A stretch of 59,694 nucleotides of DNA from Carcharhinus longimanus (Eukaryota), in contig JASCQW010000032.1 in NCBI GenBank assembly GCA_030264375.1, positions 31,910,986-31,970,679 of the forward strand. Reading direction: 5' to 3'. The first letter of the stretch is position 1. Each line of letters begins with the position of its first letter. Shown here one piece after another: positions 1 through 12,438 of this stretch. Below the pieces are notes generated by a model that saw nothing but the letters and a program-made list of their open reading frames with translations, did no database searches and was not told the origin of the DNA. A program made the translations under genes and the position numbers.

Positions 1-1908
1 GATCAGATACTTATCCAGAGTGGGCAGGTACCTAATGAGTACATGTTGCAATTCATTTGGGGCTGGCTGCTCAGGCATTCCAAGTGGGAAGTTCATTGGG
101 TGCCAATTAGTGCAGGTCCTGGCAAGTGTGGGCCTGCCACCTATGACTCCAAAGGCGAAAAGGAGATACATTCTGTGCCTATATGCCCCTCTGCCATTGC
201 CAAGTGCAAAGGGAGGGCTCCCCCAAGGGACCGGTGAGTTGGATGGGCTTGGGCTGGGAGTGAAGTGGTTGACCTTGGATTCTCCCATGGGATGGGGGGG
301 TCTCACGGCTGGACTACCCCTTATTGCTCTGGGGAAAGTGGAGATCACTCATGGGATGATGATTTCAAGCAACTTTCGTTGCTTGAACCCGTATTCTTGT
401 TTGTGTTCTGTAAAATCTTTGACATGGCCCGGTTACATTAATATCCATGCCCCAAGTACTGAGGAAACTTCAAAGTCACAACAGCTCTTCATTCCACAAA
501 AGGGATTGCCTATGCTTCCTTTCAAGAGGTCCAAGGTGTGAGCAGATGCTTTCGACCTACTCTGATTGAAGGAGTTTCACGAGGGGGATTCCTTTGATTT
601 CTCTCATAAGCACCAGGTGTGAACAGTCCTTTTTAAAATACTCTAATTGACAAAAGATGTCAGTTTCACAAAGGGTATTCCTCTTTGTAGTCTGAATGAG
701 TTGCTGCCTGACCACTTTGAATTGTTTTGATTGGCAGCTCTAGAGCAGACCAAACAATTCATTGTTGATACAATTGGTTCACACTCCAGTAAGCCTCAAG
801 CACTTCCTCTTTTCGTCACAGCTATTTCTTAAACACTTCAGTTTCTTTTTATATCTCTGGCCACGCTGAGAAATGTAAATGCTTTGTTTACATACAATTT
901 CCCACTCCAGTATCTTTAACTACCCTCCTGATTGACAGGTTCAGACTATTTCACAGCAGGCAATAGTTCTGTTAGTTTCCCTTCGTAGTTGATTAAATCT
1001 GATGTGCTTAAACAGGCTCTCTCTTTGATCCCTAGTACCTACTGGTGTCAGCAGCTGTTGGTTCTTATGCAGTATTTTTTAAACAGGCTTGTTCTTTGTT
1101 CCAAAGATCTTGGCTGACTCCGATTTTCCGTTGGTGGCAGTACTTAGTTTTTATTTGGGAGAATCGCGGCCTGTATCTTCTACATATAGAGAAGACATAC
1201 AGTGTGGTATTGGCACTGCTGGTAGGATATCCATTCATCCCATTTTACACAGGACAGCCTGGTTTTCAGTTGTCTGGTACCAAATTGATTTACGTCCAGT
1301 ATTTTTACTTTGAAACACCCAGCATCTAACAACCACTATTGATTGTTAGATGTTTTATTGCTCATCATTGGTTAATATCAATTATTTAAAATCACAATTA
1401 TGTTGGCCCTGTGAATGCCGACAAAGATCCTATTGGATCTATCTACATGTGCGTCCGTTGCTTGCATCATTAATAACACAGAATTTTTGGCTTCTTTGCC
1501 ATGATTTTGGGATGGATTTTGGGAAAAATACTGTTAAAGAGACAGAAGGGCAATTTCTTAACTAATAACAAGCATTTTGAATCCTAGGGAAAGGTCATTC
1601 TATCGTGTCTGATAAAGCTCAAGTGACCATCAAAATCAGCTAAGTTAAATACATGCACAATGGTAGTAACAAAATCAGGATATTTCCTTTTTTTTGAAAA
1701 AAAAGTGCCATTCGTGTTTTATGCTGATTCATTTTCTTGTTTCTTTTAAAATACGAGCAAGAATCTATATTTTTGGAATTTTGTCTGTGGTTTTTTGTAA
1801 GTTAGCTCCGGAGTCACTTGACTGCAGTGATAGGTCTTTTCTGGGATCCTAGAATCTGAGAACCTGCAGAAGTCCTGCCCACCAACATCTGCTGGGCAGG
1901 GGTTGGCA

Positions 1909-1984
1909 GAACATAAGAAATAGGAGCAGGAGTAGGCCATCTAGCCCCTCAAGCCTGCCCCACCATTCAATAAGATCATGGCTG
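1909..1984 (-). mobile_element. CR1/HER1-type LINE 3' end running into an N gap
   Basis: agaacataagaaataggagcaggagtaggccat...ccattcaataagatcatggctg is the reverse complement of the CR1 3' UTR/tail seen at about 59090-59171. Confidence 0.8.
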
Positions 1985-2306
1985 NNNNNNNNNNNNNNNN
2001 NNNNNNNNNNNNNNNNNNNNNNNNNNNNNNNNNNNNNNNNNNNNNNNNNNNNNNNNNNNNNNNNNNNNNNNNNNNNNNNNNNNNNNNNNNNNNNNNNNNN
2101 NNNNNNNNNNNNNNNNNNNNNNNNNNNNNNNNNNNNNNNNNNNNNNNNNNNNNNNNNNNNNNNNNNNNNNNNNNNNNNNNNNNNNNNNNNNNNNNNNNNN
2201 NNNNNNNNNNNNNNNNNNNNNNNNNNNNNNNNNNNNNNNNNNNNNNNNNNNNNNNNNNNNNNNNNNNNNNNNNNNNNNNNNNNNNNNNNNNNNNNNNNNN
2301 NNNNNN

Positions 2307-2552
2307 CTGTGAAACTCCCCTAGTCACCACACTCCGGGGCCTTTTTGGGTACACTAACGGAGTATTTAACATGGCCAATGCACCTAACCAGCAGGTCTTT
2401 GGACTGTGGGGGAAACCGGATCATCCAGAGGAAACCCACGCAGACATGGGGAGAATGTGCAAACTCCACACAGTGACCCAAGCTGTGAATTGAATCCTGG
2501 TCCCTGGTACTGTGAGGCAGCAGTGCCAACCACTGTGCCACCACCCAGCCCC
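2307..2552 (-). mobile_element. tRNA-derived SINE (HE1/V-SINE-like), non-CR1 tail type
   Basis: The minus strand begins GGTGGCACAGTGGTTGGCACTGCTGCCTCACAG with A/B-box-like motifs, followed by the core TGTGGAGTTTGCACATTCTCCCC. The tail CTAGGGGAGTTTCACAG is shared with the copy at 28128. Confidence 0.88.
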
Positions 2553-3824
2553 ACAGCTTCTCAGTCACATTGATGTAAATCATTCTATTTTGTCCCAATT
2601 AATCAAAACTAGATGGGTTCACCGCTTCCCAAGTGTCAGAAGTATTAAAAGGAAAAGGACAGCATTTCATGCCAAAATCATTGCAATTAATTTTTTTGTT
2701 GGTAAGCGAATTTGCAGACTCACCGATGGCTGTATTTTTATAAACGTGTGAAAACTGGACACCTTTAAAGAAAGCAATAGTCCTGAACCAGGCCAGAAAG
2801 CAGTGCGAGTTTCCAATGCAAAGTACTTTGAAACCAGCATTTGAAGTATTGGCCTAGCGAAGCCAAACCAGGTAAATTCACAGCATGAATTGGCCCGTAA
2901 TGCCTGATCAGGATATCTGGCTCAAATTATTTTAGTCCAATGTAAGCAGCAGCCCCTCTCTGAGATTAATTCAGTCGTAATGTGCAAGGATTTCAAAGAT
3001 GGTTGGAGTAAAAAGAAATGATATGCCAACAAATGCTATCTCTGTCAAACACTTCTGGTTAAACATTCAGGGATTTAAATCCCTTCCTGTTACAAATCAT
3101 ATCCAATATTGAAGGGGAAAACATAATGCAAAGCTTGTGGAGTCAAACATACCTTGTACTTGGGGAAATTTATGCATTTTCTGCTTCTGATCAACAGCCT
3201 TCATTTGGAAAGCAAAGTACTGCCATCTCCTCGTACAAAGGCATCTATCATTTTGCTGTATGACAGTGTCACATATTGTATTCTGCAATGAGCCTATGGT
3301 ACAGGATTTGAATGACACCATAACTTCCACAGCCATGGGCGGAACTATACATGTTCTCCTGCTGTCAACAGGCGATGTAGGTCAGTGACTGCATGCCTGC
3401 TCACATGTATCCTCTTCACACACGACTTCTCAGTCATGTTGATGCAAAACATCCTATTTTAGAAAATCCAAATGCTGAAAGCCCTACTTGTGCATCGTGT
3501 CCTTTGTCTCCTTTGAGCTGCCATGCTTCCTCTTATAGCTTCTGCTGTTGGCAACCTCAGCCTCCCAGCAACAGTCCCATCTTTTATGGTTTCCTGTCCA
3601 AGTCAAGCAGTGCAGCTGCTGCTAAGAGCCTGAATCCAGCAAGCTGCATCTGGAGACTGTTACGGAAGCTAGAACTTGCTGGATTAATACAGACATTTTG
3701 CAAAAAAATGCAAACACACAAAAAAACGGACAGTTGTTCAATCACACTGATGAATCAAACTACCTGCACGGATTCTAATGAAGGAACTTTGCCCCTCTAA
3801 CAGCTCATCGTGTTGCATACTTAC

Positions 3825-3962
3825 ACACTTTTCACTGTCAAACACATAACACATGTGTTTATTCGACTCAGCATCCTTGCAAATAAAAGTAAATATCTTC
3901 TTGTCAGTTTTGTCATCAGCACAGAAAGATATCCGGTGTAATTGGCAATTATGCAGAACTTC
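3825..3962 (-). CDS. GULP1: GULP1 internal coding exon, 138 bp, phase 0/0 ([46 protein letters not shown])
   Basis: Lies within ORF 3738..3986(-), with boundaries cag|GAAGTT...AAGTGT|gtaagt. Contains the PTB-domain signature [16 protein letters not shown]. Confidence 0.97.
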
Positions 3963-5636
3963 CTGCAATGTGAACAAAAATTGCATCTTTTAATCATGTG
4001 GAATTATAAATAATAGAATAGAAATCAAGTCACAAAAAATGAAGTCAGGGTAACATTTCTGAGCTAGCCATGTCTTACAGATTCTGAATGAAGCCAGCAT
4101 TTATAACTAGGCTCATTTGTTCCAATTAACATGCCTCATTTGCTCTAATTAACATGTCTCATTTTGATCCGCCTGAACTCTAATCAACTCAAACCACACC
4201 ATCTTGCTGCATAATTCTCCACCTATCTCTATCATGCAGATTCTCCATTCCTCACAAAGAGTGCAAGACGAGCAGTAACAAGCGAAACCCAGAACAACAT
4301 TACAAATAGCAATCTATCTTCTGTTGCAGTACATTATTCTTCCTGAGGCAATGGTTTATTTATTGGATTGCAAGCAACCGTCAACTGCTGGGCTACAAAG
4401 GCATTGTGGAAGATTGTCCTCAATTTTGAAAGTCATCTGGCATCAGAAAAAAAATTTAGAGTAATTATTCTTCCTCTTCTGCCTTCAACCAAGGTTTTTC
4501 TTTTCCTTTGATCTTATTGAAGAAACCTCTGAAAATGTCACTTTCAGAGACTACAGTTCCATGTTCAAATCTCTCCTTCCCTTAACCTTTGTCCATCGAA
4601 ACTCTACATCCAGGTCTCTTGCAATGTCTTCTCCCCCATGTATCTGTGGGATCCCCACAACTGTAAATACTGTCTAAGACAAGGGAACCAGACAGATGAG
4701 ATGGAGAGAAACTAAAGGGAAGATTTAAATAGATTGGAAAGTCTTCTAGCATAGCTGGCTGCTTTTGATGTCTATGACCCCAAATTAAATAAATATTTAT
4801 CTACATTATAAAGGGGACATAATTTTGTCACATTCTTGCCATTAATTGAATTAAATCCTCCCAGATTGCAAATACATATAATAATTGATAGGTGCCCAGT
4901 GAAGCACAGAGGATATTAAGACTTACAGTAGAGTGGTTCACAGTGTTCATATTTATCACCAGCAACCCAAAGTGTGATTACAGCCTTGAAAGCACTCGAG
5001 CACATTTTCCCAATATGCATAGCAAAATTGATGGTGGTTACTTTCATTTTCAATTTGGGTTTTAATTTGAACAATGGTCACTATAATCAAACACACTGTT
5101 CATCTGTGTCAACAATGTATCAGTGAATGAGTTAATAACTGTGATATATTAACATTTTTACATTATATAGGGTAATAACATGTACTTTGGGAATGAGGAA
5201 AACAAACTAAACATGAGAAACAGATCTGAGGCATATCATTTCACGTATGTTTTACATGTGTGGTTTCCTGACAATGACACACTAACCTATCATTCCTCAG
5301 TTGATGCTGCAATAAATTATTCCAGAGCCCTGGTGTCTTAACTCTATTTATTTTATGTTTGCCAAAAGAGAAGATTTAAAAAAATATATAAACTATACAA
5401 GAAAAAAATTAAATCAAAGAAAAATGCAACTCAGTGGCATAAAAACAAAAGACAGCAAACAACTACTTATGTCCCAAATTCCATGAGAGTGAAACTTGGT
5501 TTTTGAAGTTGTGGGGGAGGGAGATAGAAAACAAAGTTTAATAATGTACTTGTCAAAAACAGATGAAATACCTTCTTACAGTATTCTCCCCTCCCTCCTC
5601 GTTTCTTTTTAAATATCCCATTTTTTAACCCTGTCT

Positions 5637-5972
5637 GAATCATAGAACCCTACAGTGCAGAAAGAGGCCCTTTGGCCCATCGAGTCTGCACCAACCACAA
5701 TCCCACCCAGGCCNNNNNNNNNNNNNNNNNNNNNNNNNNNNNNNNNNNNNNNNNNNNNNNNNNNNNNNNNNNNNNNNNNNNNNCGCATGGCCAATCAACC
5801 TAACCTACACATCTTTGGACTGTGGGGGGAAACAAGAGCACCTGGAGGAAACCCACGCAGACACGAGGAGAATGTGCAAACTCCACACAGAAAGTGACCC
5901 AAACTGGGAATCGAATCCAGGTCCCTGGAGCTGTGAAGCAGCAGTGCTAACCACTGTGCTACCGTGTCGCCC
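5637..5972 (-). mobile_element. HE1-like tRNA SINE with CR1-like tail
   Basis: Head GGGCGACACGGTAGCACAGTGGTTAGCAC, B box GGATTCGATTCC, tail TGCACTGTAGGGTTCTATGATTC. An imperfect flanking duplication is present (aaccctgtct/aaccccatct). Confidence 0.9.
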
Positions 5973-6446
5973 AAACCCCATCTGGGTTTAGGAATGTTAC
6001 ATACTTCAAAATGTCAAAAGTATTAAAAGAAAAGGAAGATAGTTTTTCTTACCAGATGTACTGCAGATTTTTTTTTAGTAAGGAAATTTGAAGACTCATC
6101 AGGGATGTATTTTTGTTAATACCTAGCAATTGCCAACCTTTCCAAAAAACAACAACCAGGTCAGCTTTGCAGCTGGTGATAGTTTCCCATGCAAAGTTTC
6201 TTTAAACCAAAAGAGAACTTAATTTATGCTTGATGTAACTTGCAGTTAAAATTTTTCAATCTATTATGCTGGTTTGTCCAATTCTGGGTGGATTATGATT
6301 ATGAAGACTGTTCTGTAAACTGAGGCCAATGAACTACAAGATTGACTAATTACATTAAAACAGTGCCTATGTTTATTTGTCAGTTCCTAATGAGCTAAAA
6401 TATTGATTCACAAATTTAGTTTAATTAAATAAATTTAGTTTAGTTT

Positions 6447-7236
6447 ATAGGCAAGGAGAATCGGCCAAAATTTGGCAGATGGAGTTTAATGCGGATAAGT
6501 GAGAGTTTTGGCACAAAAAATAGAAAAGCAAATTATTACCAAAATGAAAAACAGATTCAAAATGCGTCTGGGCAGAGGGATCTGGATGTCTATGTTTGTG
6601 AATTGCAGAAAGTCAGTATGCATGTAATAAAAAAGGCAAAACTGGATGTTAGCATTTATTGCAAAGGAAATATAAAAGTAAAGAAGTGCTGTTGGTGAGA
6701 CAACATCTGGAATACTGTGTTCCAGATTTCCAGTTTTCAGGAAGGATGTGGTGTCATTGGAGGCAATTCAGAGGAGGTTCACTAAATTGATTCTGGGGAT
6801 GAAAGGGTTGATGTGTGCGGAGCGTTTAAACAGTCTGGCCTTATACTTGCAGGAGTTTAGAAGGACAAAAGGGGATCTGATTGAGGTATGTAAAATTTTA
6901 AAAGTGATGGAGAAAGTAAGCGTAGACCAAATGTTTTCTCTTATGGGGCAATCTGGGCATTAGTTGAGAGGCAGTAGATCTAAAACTGAGATGAAGTGGG
7001 TAATAAATTTGTGGAACTTATTGCCCCAAAGCACGGTAGAGTCTGAATCGTTGAATGGTTTCAAGGAGGAGATGGACATATTTCTAATTTTAAAAAATAG
7101 ATAAAAGGGATTTGGGGAACAGGTGGGGAAGTAGATTTGAGATCAGGGAGAGATCAGTCATGTTCGGATTGAATGGCGGAGTAGCTCTTAGGCTAAATTT
7201 GCTTACTTCTGCTCCTAATTTTCATGTTGCTATGAT
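6447..7236 (+). mobile_element. CR1 LINE 3' fragment (RT C-terminus and 3' UTR)
   Basis: ORF remnant LEAIQRRFTKLILGMKGL...LALY..EFRRTKGDLIEV.KIL, followed by a CR1-type 3' UTR. Confidence 0.9.
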
Positions 7237-7479
7237 TTTTTCTCTCATTTATACATCAACACACACAATATAATTTGACAAAGATAATAGGGTCCCAGGT
7301 TTTCTTTTGGTCATGCACACATCCCCACCACAAATGTTGGGGTGGGGGTGACTAGGCAGCACTTGGGGACGGATATGGGAAAGAAATGAAAGAATTCTTT
7401 ACCTCCACCCCAGTGTCTCTCAGTTCCTGGATACCCTTTACAATTGCATCACTGTGCCTCATTCTTGCTTCCAAAGTTA

Positions 7480-8140
7480 ATCATTTTCTAATTTTTCCAG
7501 TAAATGTGTTCCACAACATATCTACTCATTTCACCAAAGTCCCTGACTACCCTTCTAACCGTTTACAGAAATTCTGGTTTTGTGCTGACCGCAGATCAGA
7601 AATTATATTCTCGAGTCCAGGTCAGTTATATCAAAAGGAGCTCTGGTCTCTATATTGACTTTGGGGGAATGCCGCAACACACAAACCTCCAGTCTGAAAA
7701 TAATTGTTCACCACTAGACTCTGCATTCTTTAACTTAGCCATTTCGGGATCCAGGAAAGCACTGTCCCTTTTAATCCCATGAGCTTCAATTTTGCTATTA
7801 AGTTCATTAGATGGCAATTTATCAAATGCCTTTTGAAAGTCCACACCCACATAAAACTCATCAACAAAATCCATTACTTCATCAAAAATCAAATCAAGTT
7901 TGTCAAATACAAATTACCTTAAAAAAAAATCCATGCCAACTTTCAATTATTAACTCATATTAATCTATAGGGTCAATCAATAGTTTCCTAGATTAATGTC
8001 TCTAAAAGGTTTCTCCATCACTGATGTTTAGCTGATTGCAGTATGACTGTTGAGTGGATAACGTCCTCCTTTATTGAATGGGTTGTAGCATTTATAATGC
8101 ATCATTCCTCTGAGACTGCCCCCATATCTGAGATTGGAGG
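7480..8140 (-). mobile_element. Old CR1 reverse transcriptase fragment
   Basis: ORF 7650..7892 contains VDFQKAFDKLP..L.SKIEAHGI and the downstream CGIPP (GVPQG-like). Confidence 0.75.
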
Positions 8141-8249
8141 AAGACAATCACGTAGAATGATTCTATTCAATCTCGCCTCCATTCAATTGGATTTGATCGT
8201 TGATGTGAAGCCCCAAAACCTCTCTTGGAATTGTCTCCTCACACCTTGA

Positions 8250-8780
8250 CCATTTCCTTGGAAACGCAACTGGTATCATTCCAATCTACAAGGAAGGATT
8301 TCCCATACACATTATTGACATCACCCCCTTACTTCTTGATCCTCATCCTTCATTCAAACGTACTATGGTGAAGTGTTTTGTCAGCTGGCAGCGGCAAGCA
8401 TCCCCAATCCAAAGTCCTTGACTTTTTCCCTACTTCACTGGGAGTATTGTATGTATTGGTGGCTAAAGCGTCCTTGATAGATACCCAGGACAGGTTTCCA
8501 TTCTTGGGGTAGAGGGAAATGTTTTCTACACTTCTTTGTAGTAAAAGCAGTTATAAGTCCTTTTTCATTGTTCTAAGGGATCATTCCTCTTTTTCTGTGT
8601 TGCTTTAGCCCCTGACCTTAGCTCACTTGGCCCATAAGGGGCTGGTTGAACAGAAGGAGCTCCTCTTAGATCTGCTCCCAGCTGTAGCCAAAACTGCCAT
8701 TCATCGATGCAGGTCGCATAGGTTCTACGATGAGAGTGAATCAACAGTTTGTTTTACTCCCATGATCTTGCACAACATTT
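8250..8780 (+). mobile_element. Possible degenerate Tx1-like LINE 3' fragment
   Basis: A stretch near 8650-8715 translates EQKELLLDLLPAVAKTAIHRCR, resembling the Tx1 ORF2 C-terminal LL.LLL..AK.AI motif. Heavily decayed. Confidence 0.35.
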
Positions 8781-8852
8781 GGGTAATGATTTAGCAGCAT
8801 GCTGGAGGCTATTAGCGACAACTCTATTACAAGACTGCCAGCAAATACAGTT

Positions 8853-9905
8853 AATAAGAACATAAGAACTAAGAGTAGGAGAAGGCCATCTGGCCCCTCG
8901 AGCCTGCTCTGCCATTCAATAAGATCACGGTGGATCTTTTCGTGGACTCAGCTCCACTTACCCGCCGTTACCATAGCCCTTAATTCCTTTACTTTCAAAA
9001 ATTTATGTATCCTTGCCTTAAAAGCATTTAACAATACTGTCTCAACTGCTTTACTGGCCAGAGAATTCCACAGATTCACAACCCTTTGGATGAAGAAGTT
9101 CCTCCTAACTCAGTCCTAAATCTGCTCCCCCTTATTTTGAGGCTGTGTCCCTAAGTGCTAGTTTCATCCGCCAATGAAAACAACCTCCCTGTTCTATCTT
9201 ATCTGTTCCTTTCATAATTTTATATGATTCTACATGATTCCCCCTCATTCTTCTAAATTCCAAAGAGTAGTGACCTCGTCTACTCAGTCGTTCTTCATAA
9301 GCCAACCCTCTCAACTCCGGAATCAACCTAGTTATATCCACTCTGTACCCTCTCCAGTGCCAGTATATCATTTCTCAAGTAAGGAGACAAAAACTGTACA
9401 CAGTATTCCAGATGTGGCCTCACCAGCACCTTCTACAGCTGCAACATAATCTCCGTGTTTTTAAACTCCATCCCTCTAGCAATGAAGGACAACATTCCCT
9501 TTGCCTTCTTAATTACCTTTTGTTGAACAGGCAGGTCCCTCTGCACAGCAGCATGCTGTAATTTTTTACTTTTTAAATTATAATCCATTTTGCTGTTATT
9601 CCTGCCAAAATGGATGACATCACATCTATCAACATTGTAATCCATCTGGCACACCCTTGCCCATTCACTTAAACTATCTATATCTCTCTGCAAACTTTCA
9701 GTGTCCTCTACACACTTTGCTCTACCATTCATCTTCATGTCATCTGCAAACTTTGATATACTACACTTGGTCCCCAACTCCAAATCATCTATATAAATTG
9801 TAAACAATTGCGGTCCCAACACTGTTTCCTGAGGCACACCACTTGTCACTGATAGTCAACCAGAAAAACACCCAGTTCTCCCCACTTTTTGCTTTCTGTT
9901 AGTTA
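8853..9905 (-). mobile_element. CR1 LINE, 5'-truncated, about 1 kb
   Basis: ORF 9433..9849 has [21 protein letters not shown]...SKFADD (RT catalytic motif). ORF 9132..9371 has YSLEFRRMRG. A (TCTTATGT)-type tail lies at 8853-8870. Confidence 0.95.
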
Positions 9906-12395
9906 ACCAAAGTTGCAGAGATAGGGAAGTATTGCAATTGTGGATACTGGAGACTTTGGGATAGCAGTTGTGTGTGCTCCAAAGTAGCAAGGGTGTATCT
10001 TTGGTGTCCCAAACATTAACCTGGCACTTCTCTTTGGCAGGACTTTACAGGTACACCACCCACAAAACTGGTCAAAATGTGGCATGCTGGTTCCAACCTA
10101 AAATGGCAACTTACATCCAATTTACTTTATAGGACCCCAATTTCCATAGTAAAAGATGCCCATCACATGAAACAGGTGGCTGCTTTTGACACTTTGCATT
10201 GGCCCCTTGTTTTGAAAATGGCCCCGATGCAGGATGGATATTGATGGAATGTTCAGATCCATCAACCCCTTTTTGAGTCTATTGCTGCCCCGTTATCATC
10301 CCATCAGAAGCAGGGGAAGGCAGTGGCAATGATTCGTTGGAACAGAAGTCACTCAACACACCAATGAAGTGAATATTTCCAGCAAGTTCTGTTTATGTTT
10401 GAGATTTACAGCATTGCAGTACTTTTTTTTATTGATAATTTCAATTCACAAAGGAACCCTGGAATAAAACTCAGGCACATTTAAAGTAAATGTAACAGGA
10501 TTTAGTCAAGCTTCGCTCATATTCATCCTTTTGCTAGGATGTAGCTTCTTATTAAACTAAAACTATTTAAAATACATCATGTAAGAAAAACAGCGGTGAA
10601 TCATTTTATAGTGCTCATCACTTGGAACAAGATATATCGCTCAATTTTGGGAAAAAAAACACATTTGGTTCAATGCTGTTGTACATTTTCAGCTCAATAG
10701 GAAAAACAATTCCAGGGTACTTATTGTCTGGGCTTGAAAAAGGAACTTCTAGAGAAAAATTACAGCAGTCACTCAGTCAGGAAAATTGCATTTTTGATTG
10801 CAATCTGGCTTGATTAATGCACATGCTGTCCCTACAGGCGGCAGTTCTTTAAAAGCAGAAAGAATAAGCAATGAAAGTAAATGAGTCGATTCCAATCATT
10901 ATTCTCTTCAGAAAATACATGTTGCCTCAGACTCACTGTGAGGGTCAAGTTGTGATTGTACAGAGGATTGTTAGAAATAGTATTTATCAGGACCAACTTA
11001 TTGCTGTTATATTATGTGCAGAAAATACATTACGTGCAGAAAGTATATTGCGCTTGACTCGCTTTTTTTGCATTTAACATCTGTGTACAAATCTTAGCAT
11101 TCTCTTTGGGAATTTGAGCTATTGTTAATGGCACCTACCTTTGTTGAGTAAGTGTGGAGGATGGGAGCTGGAGACAGAGACAGAGAGGTAGACAGACTGG
11201 GGCCAACACTTCATGCATTAAGTCACGGGTGGGGCACGTGATCCCTATTTTCTCCAGGGTCGTTCGCAGTCGTGCTTGGGAGATTAATCTTTCATGCTTG
11301 GAGACTCTAGGACAACATGGATGGGTTATCAATCCTGTCACACACAAAGACACTGGGAACTTGAACAGGATTTCACACTCCACTTCAGAGGAAAACGTCA
11401 GGGAGAGAGCTAATTGAGAGAGAAGTCCAACAGTGGCTTCCAACCAGTTTATACCTTAGTACAAGTTAGCTCCTTCAGAGGTGGACTACAGAATTAGAAA
11501 AAGATTCTCTGAAAGTTGAGGTGGAGCTGAAGACACAGGAGGTAAAGGAAGTAAATAGTAAAATGGAACTAAATGGGACAAAAAGGTTATATGATGCATT
11601 TACACAACACAGCTACTGCAGGAGTCACAGCAGTATAAGCCTACTTTATTCTGCCCACATAGACTCAAGCATAGCCTAACCTACTAATAGAAACTCCTCT
11701 ACAATGTTTCTGTTATCTGTCATTAGAACACTTGCATTAGTACCATTTCTATTTTACTACCATTCCTATTTTCTCCTGGGGGTTGCCCACATCAGTGCCA
11801 GAGGGTTAATCAGTGGGCCACTAATGGACAAACCCAGGCTATTCAATATATGATATACAGTTAACCATCTATGATGGAAGACAGACCTTGGAATTATGTT
11901 CCCAGGGGCTGGATTTTCATCTCCACACGGAGATAGAAATTAGCCTACAAAATGCAAAACACAGTTTCCCTTGCAGAGAAAATTAATTTGTGTGCCTCTC
12001 CAACCTCATACCATTAATGTGTGACCTTTCCATGGATTCGAAAGAGCTTGGGTGCAAAACACACACCTCTCCTGAGGTTGCGGTCCCTATTTTCTAATGT
12101 ACACTAGTTTCTTTCCTCCGAATAACCCTCCTTGGAGAGTTAGTGATCATTGAGGGAAACCTGTTAAGAAGACCAAAACATTCTGACAGATAAATGCAAA
12201 ATGTTTTGACATTTTAAAATGTTACTATTAGGTAATCTTTGTTGAAAGGTAAAAATATCTAAGCAACTGCTGTCCTCCATTAATTGACAGGCATTTTGCT
12301 TTGAAATGGAAATACATGTTCTTTCAATTTCAATGAAACTGTTGCTATTATGGATGCTTGGCTGAGTTCCAAAAGCTATGGTGTATTTAACTTAG

Positions 12396-12438
12396 AACAT
12401 AAGAACATAAGAAATAGGAGCAGGAGTAGGCCATCTGG
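12396..12438 (-). mobile_element. 43-bp CR1 3'-tip insertion with 7-bp TSD
   Basis: aacataagaacataagaaataggagcaggagtaggccatctgg is flanked by AACTTAG at 12389-12395 and 12439-12445. Confidence 0.8.

Noticed and set aside
20-541. 173-aa ORF as a protein-coding gene
   Set aside because: GTG start, no recognisable domain or splice structure, and antisense within a GULP1 intron.
1-3824. Next GULP1 exon (AEEITLTIGQAFDLAY...)
   Set aside because: No matching sequence seen. It probably lies beyond the left edge, or in the 1985-2306 gap.
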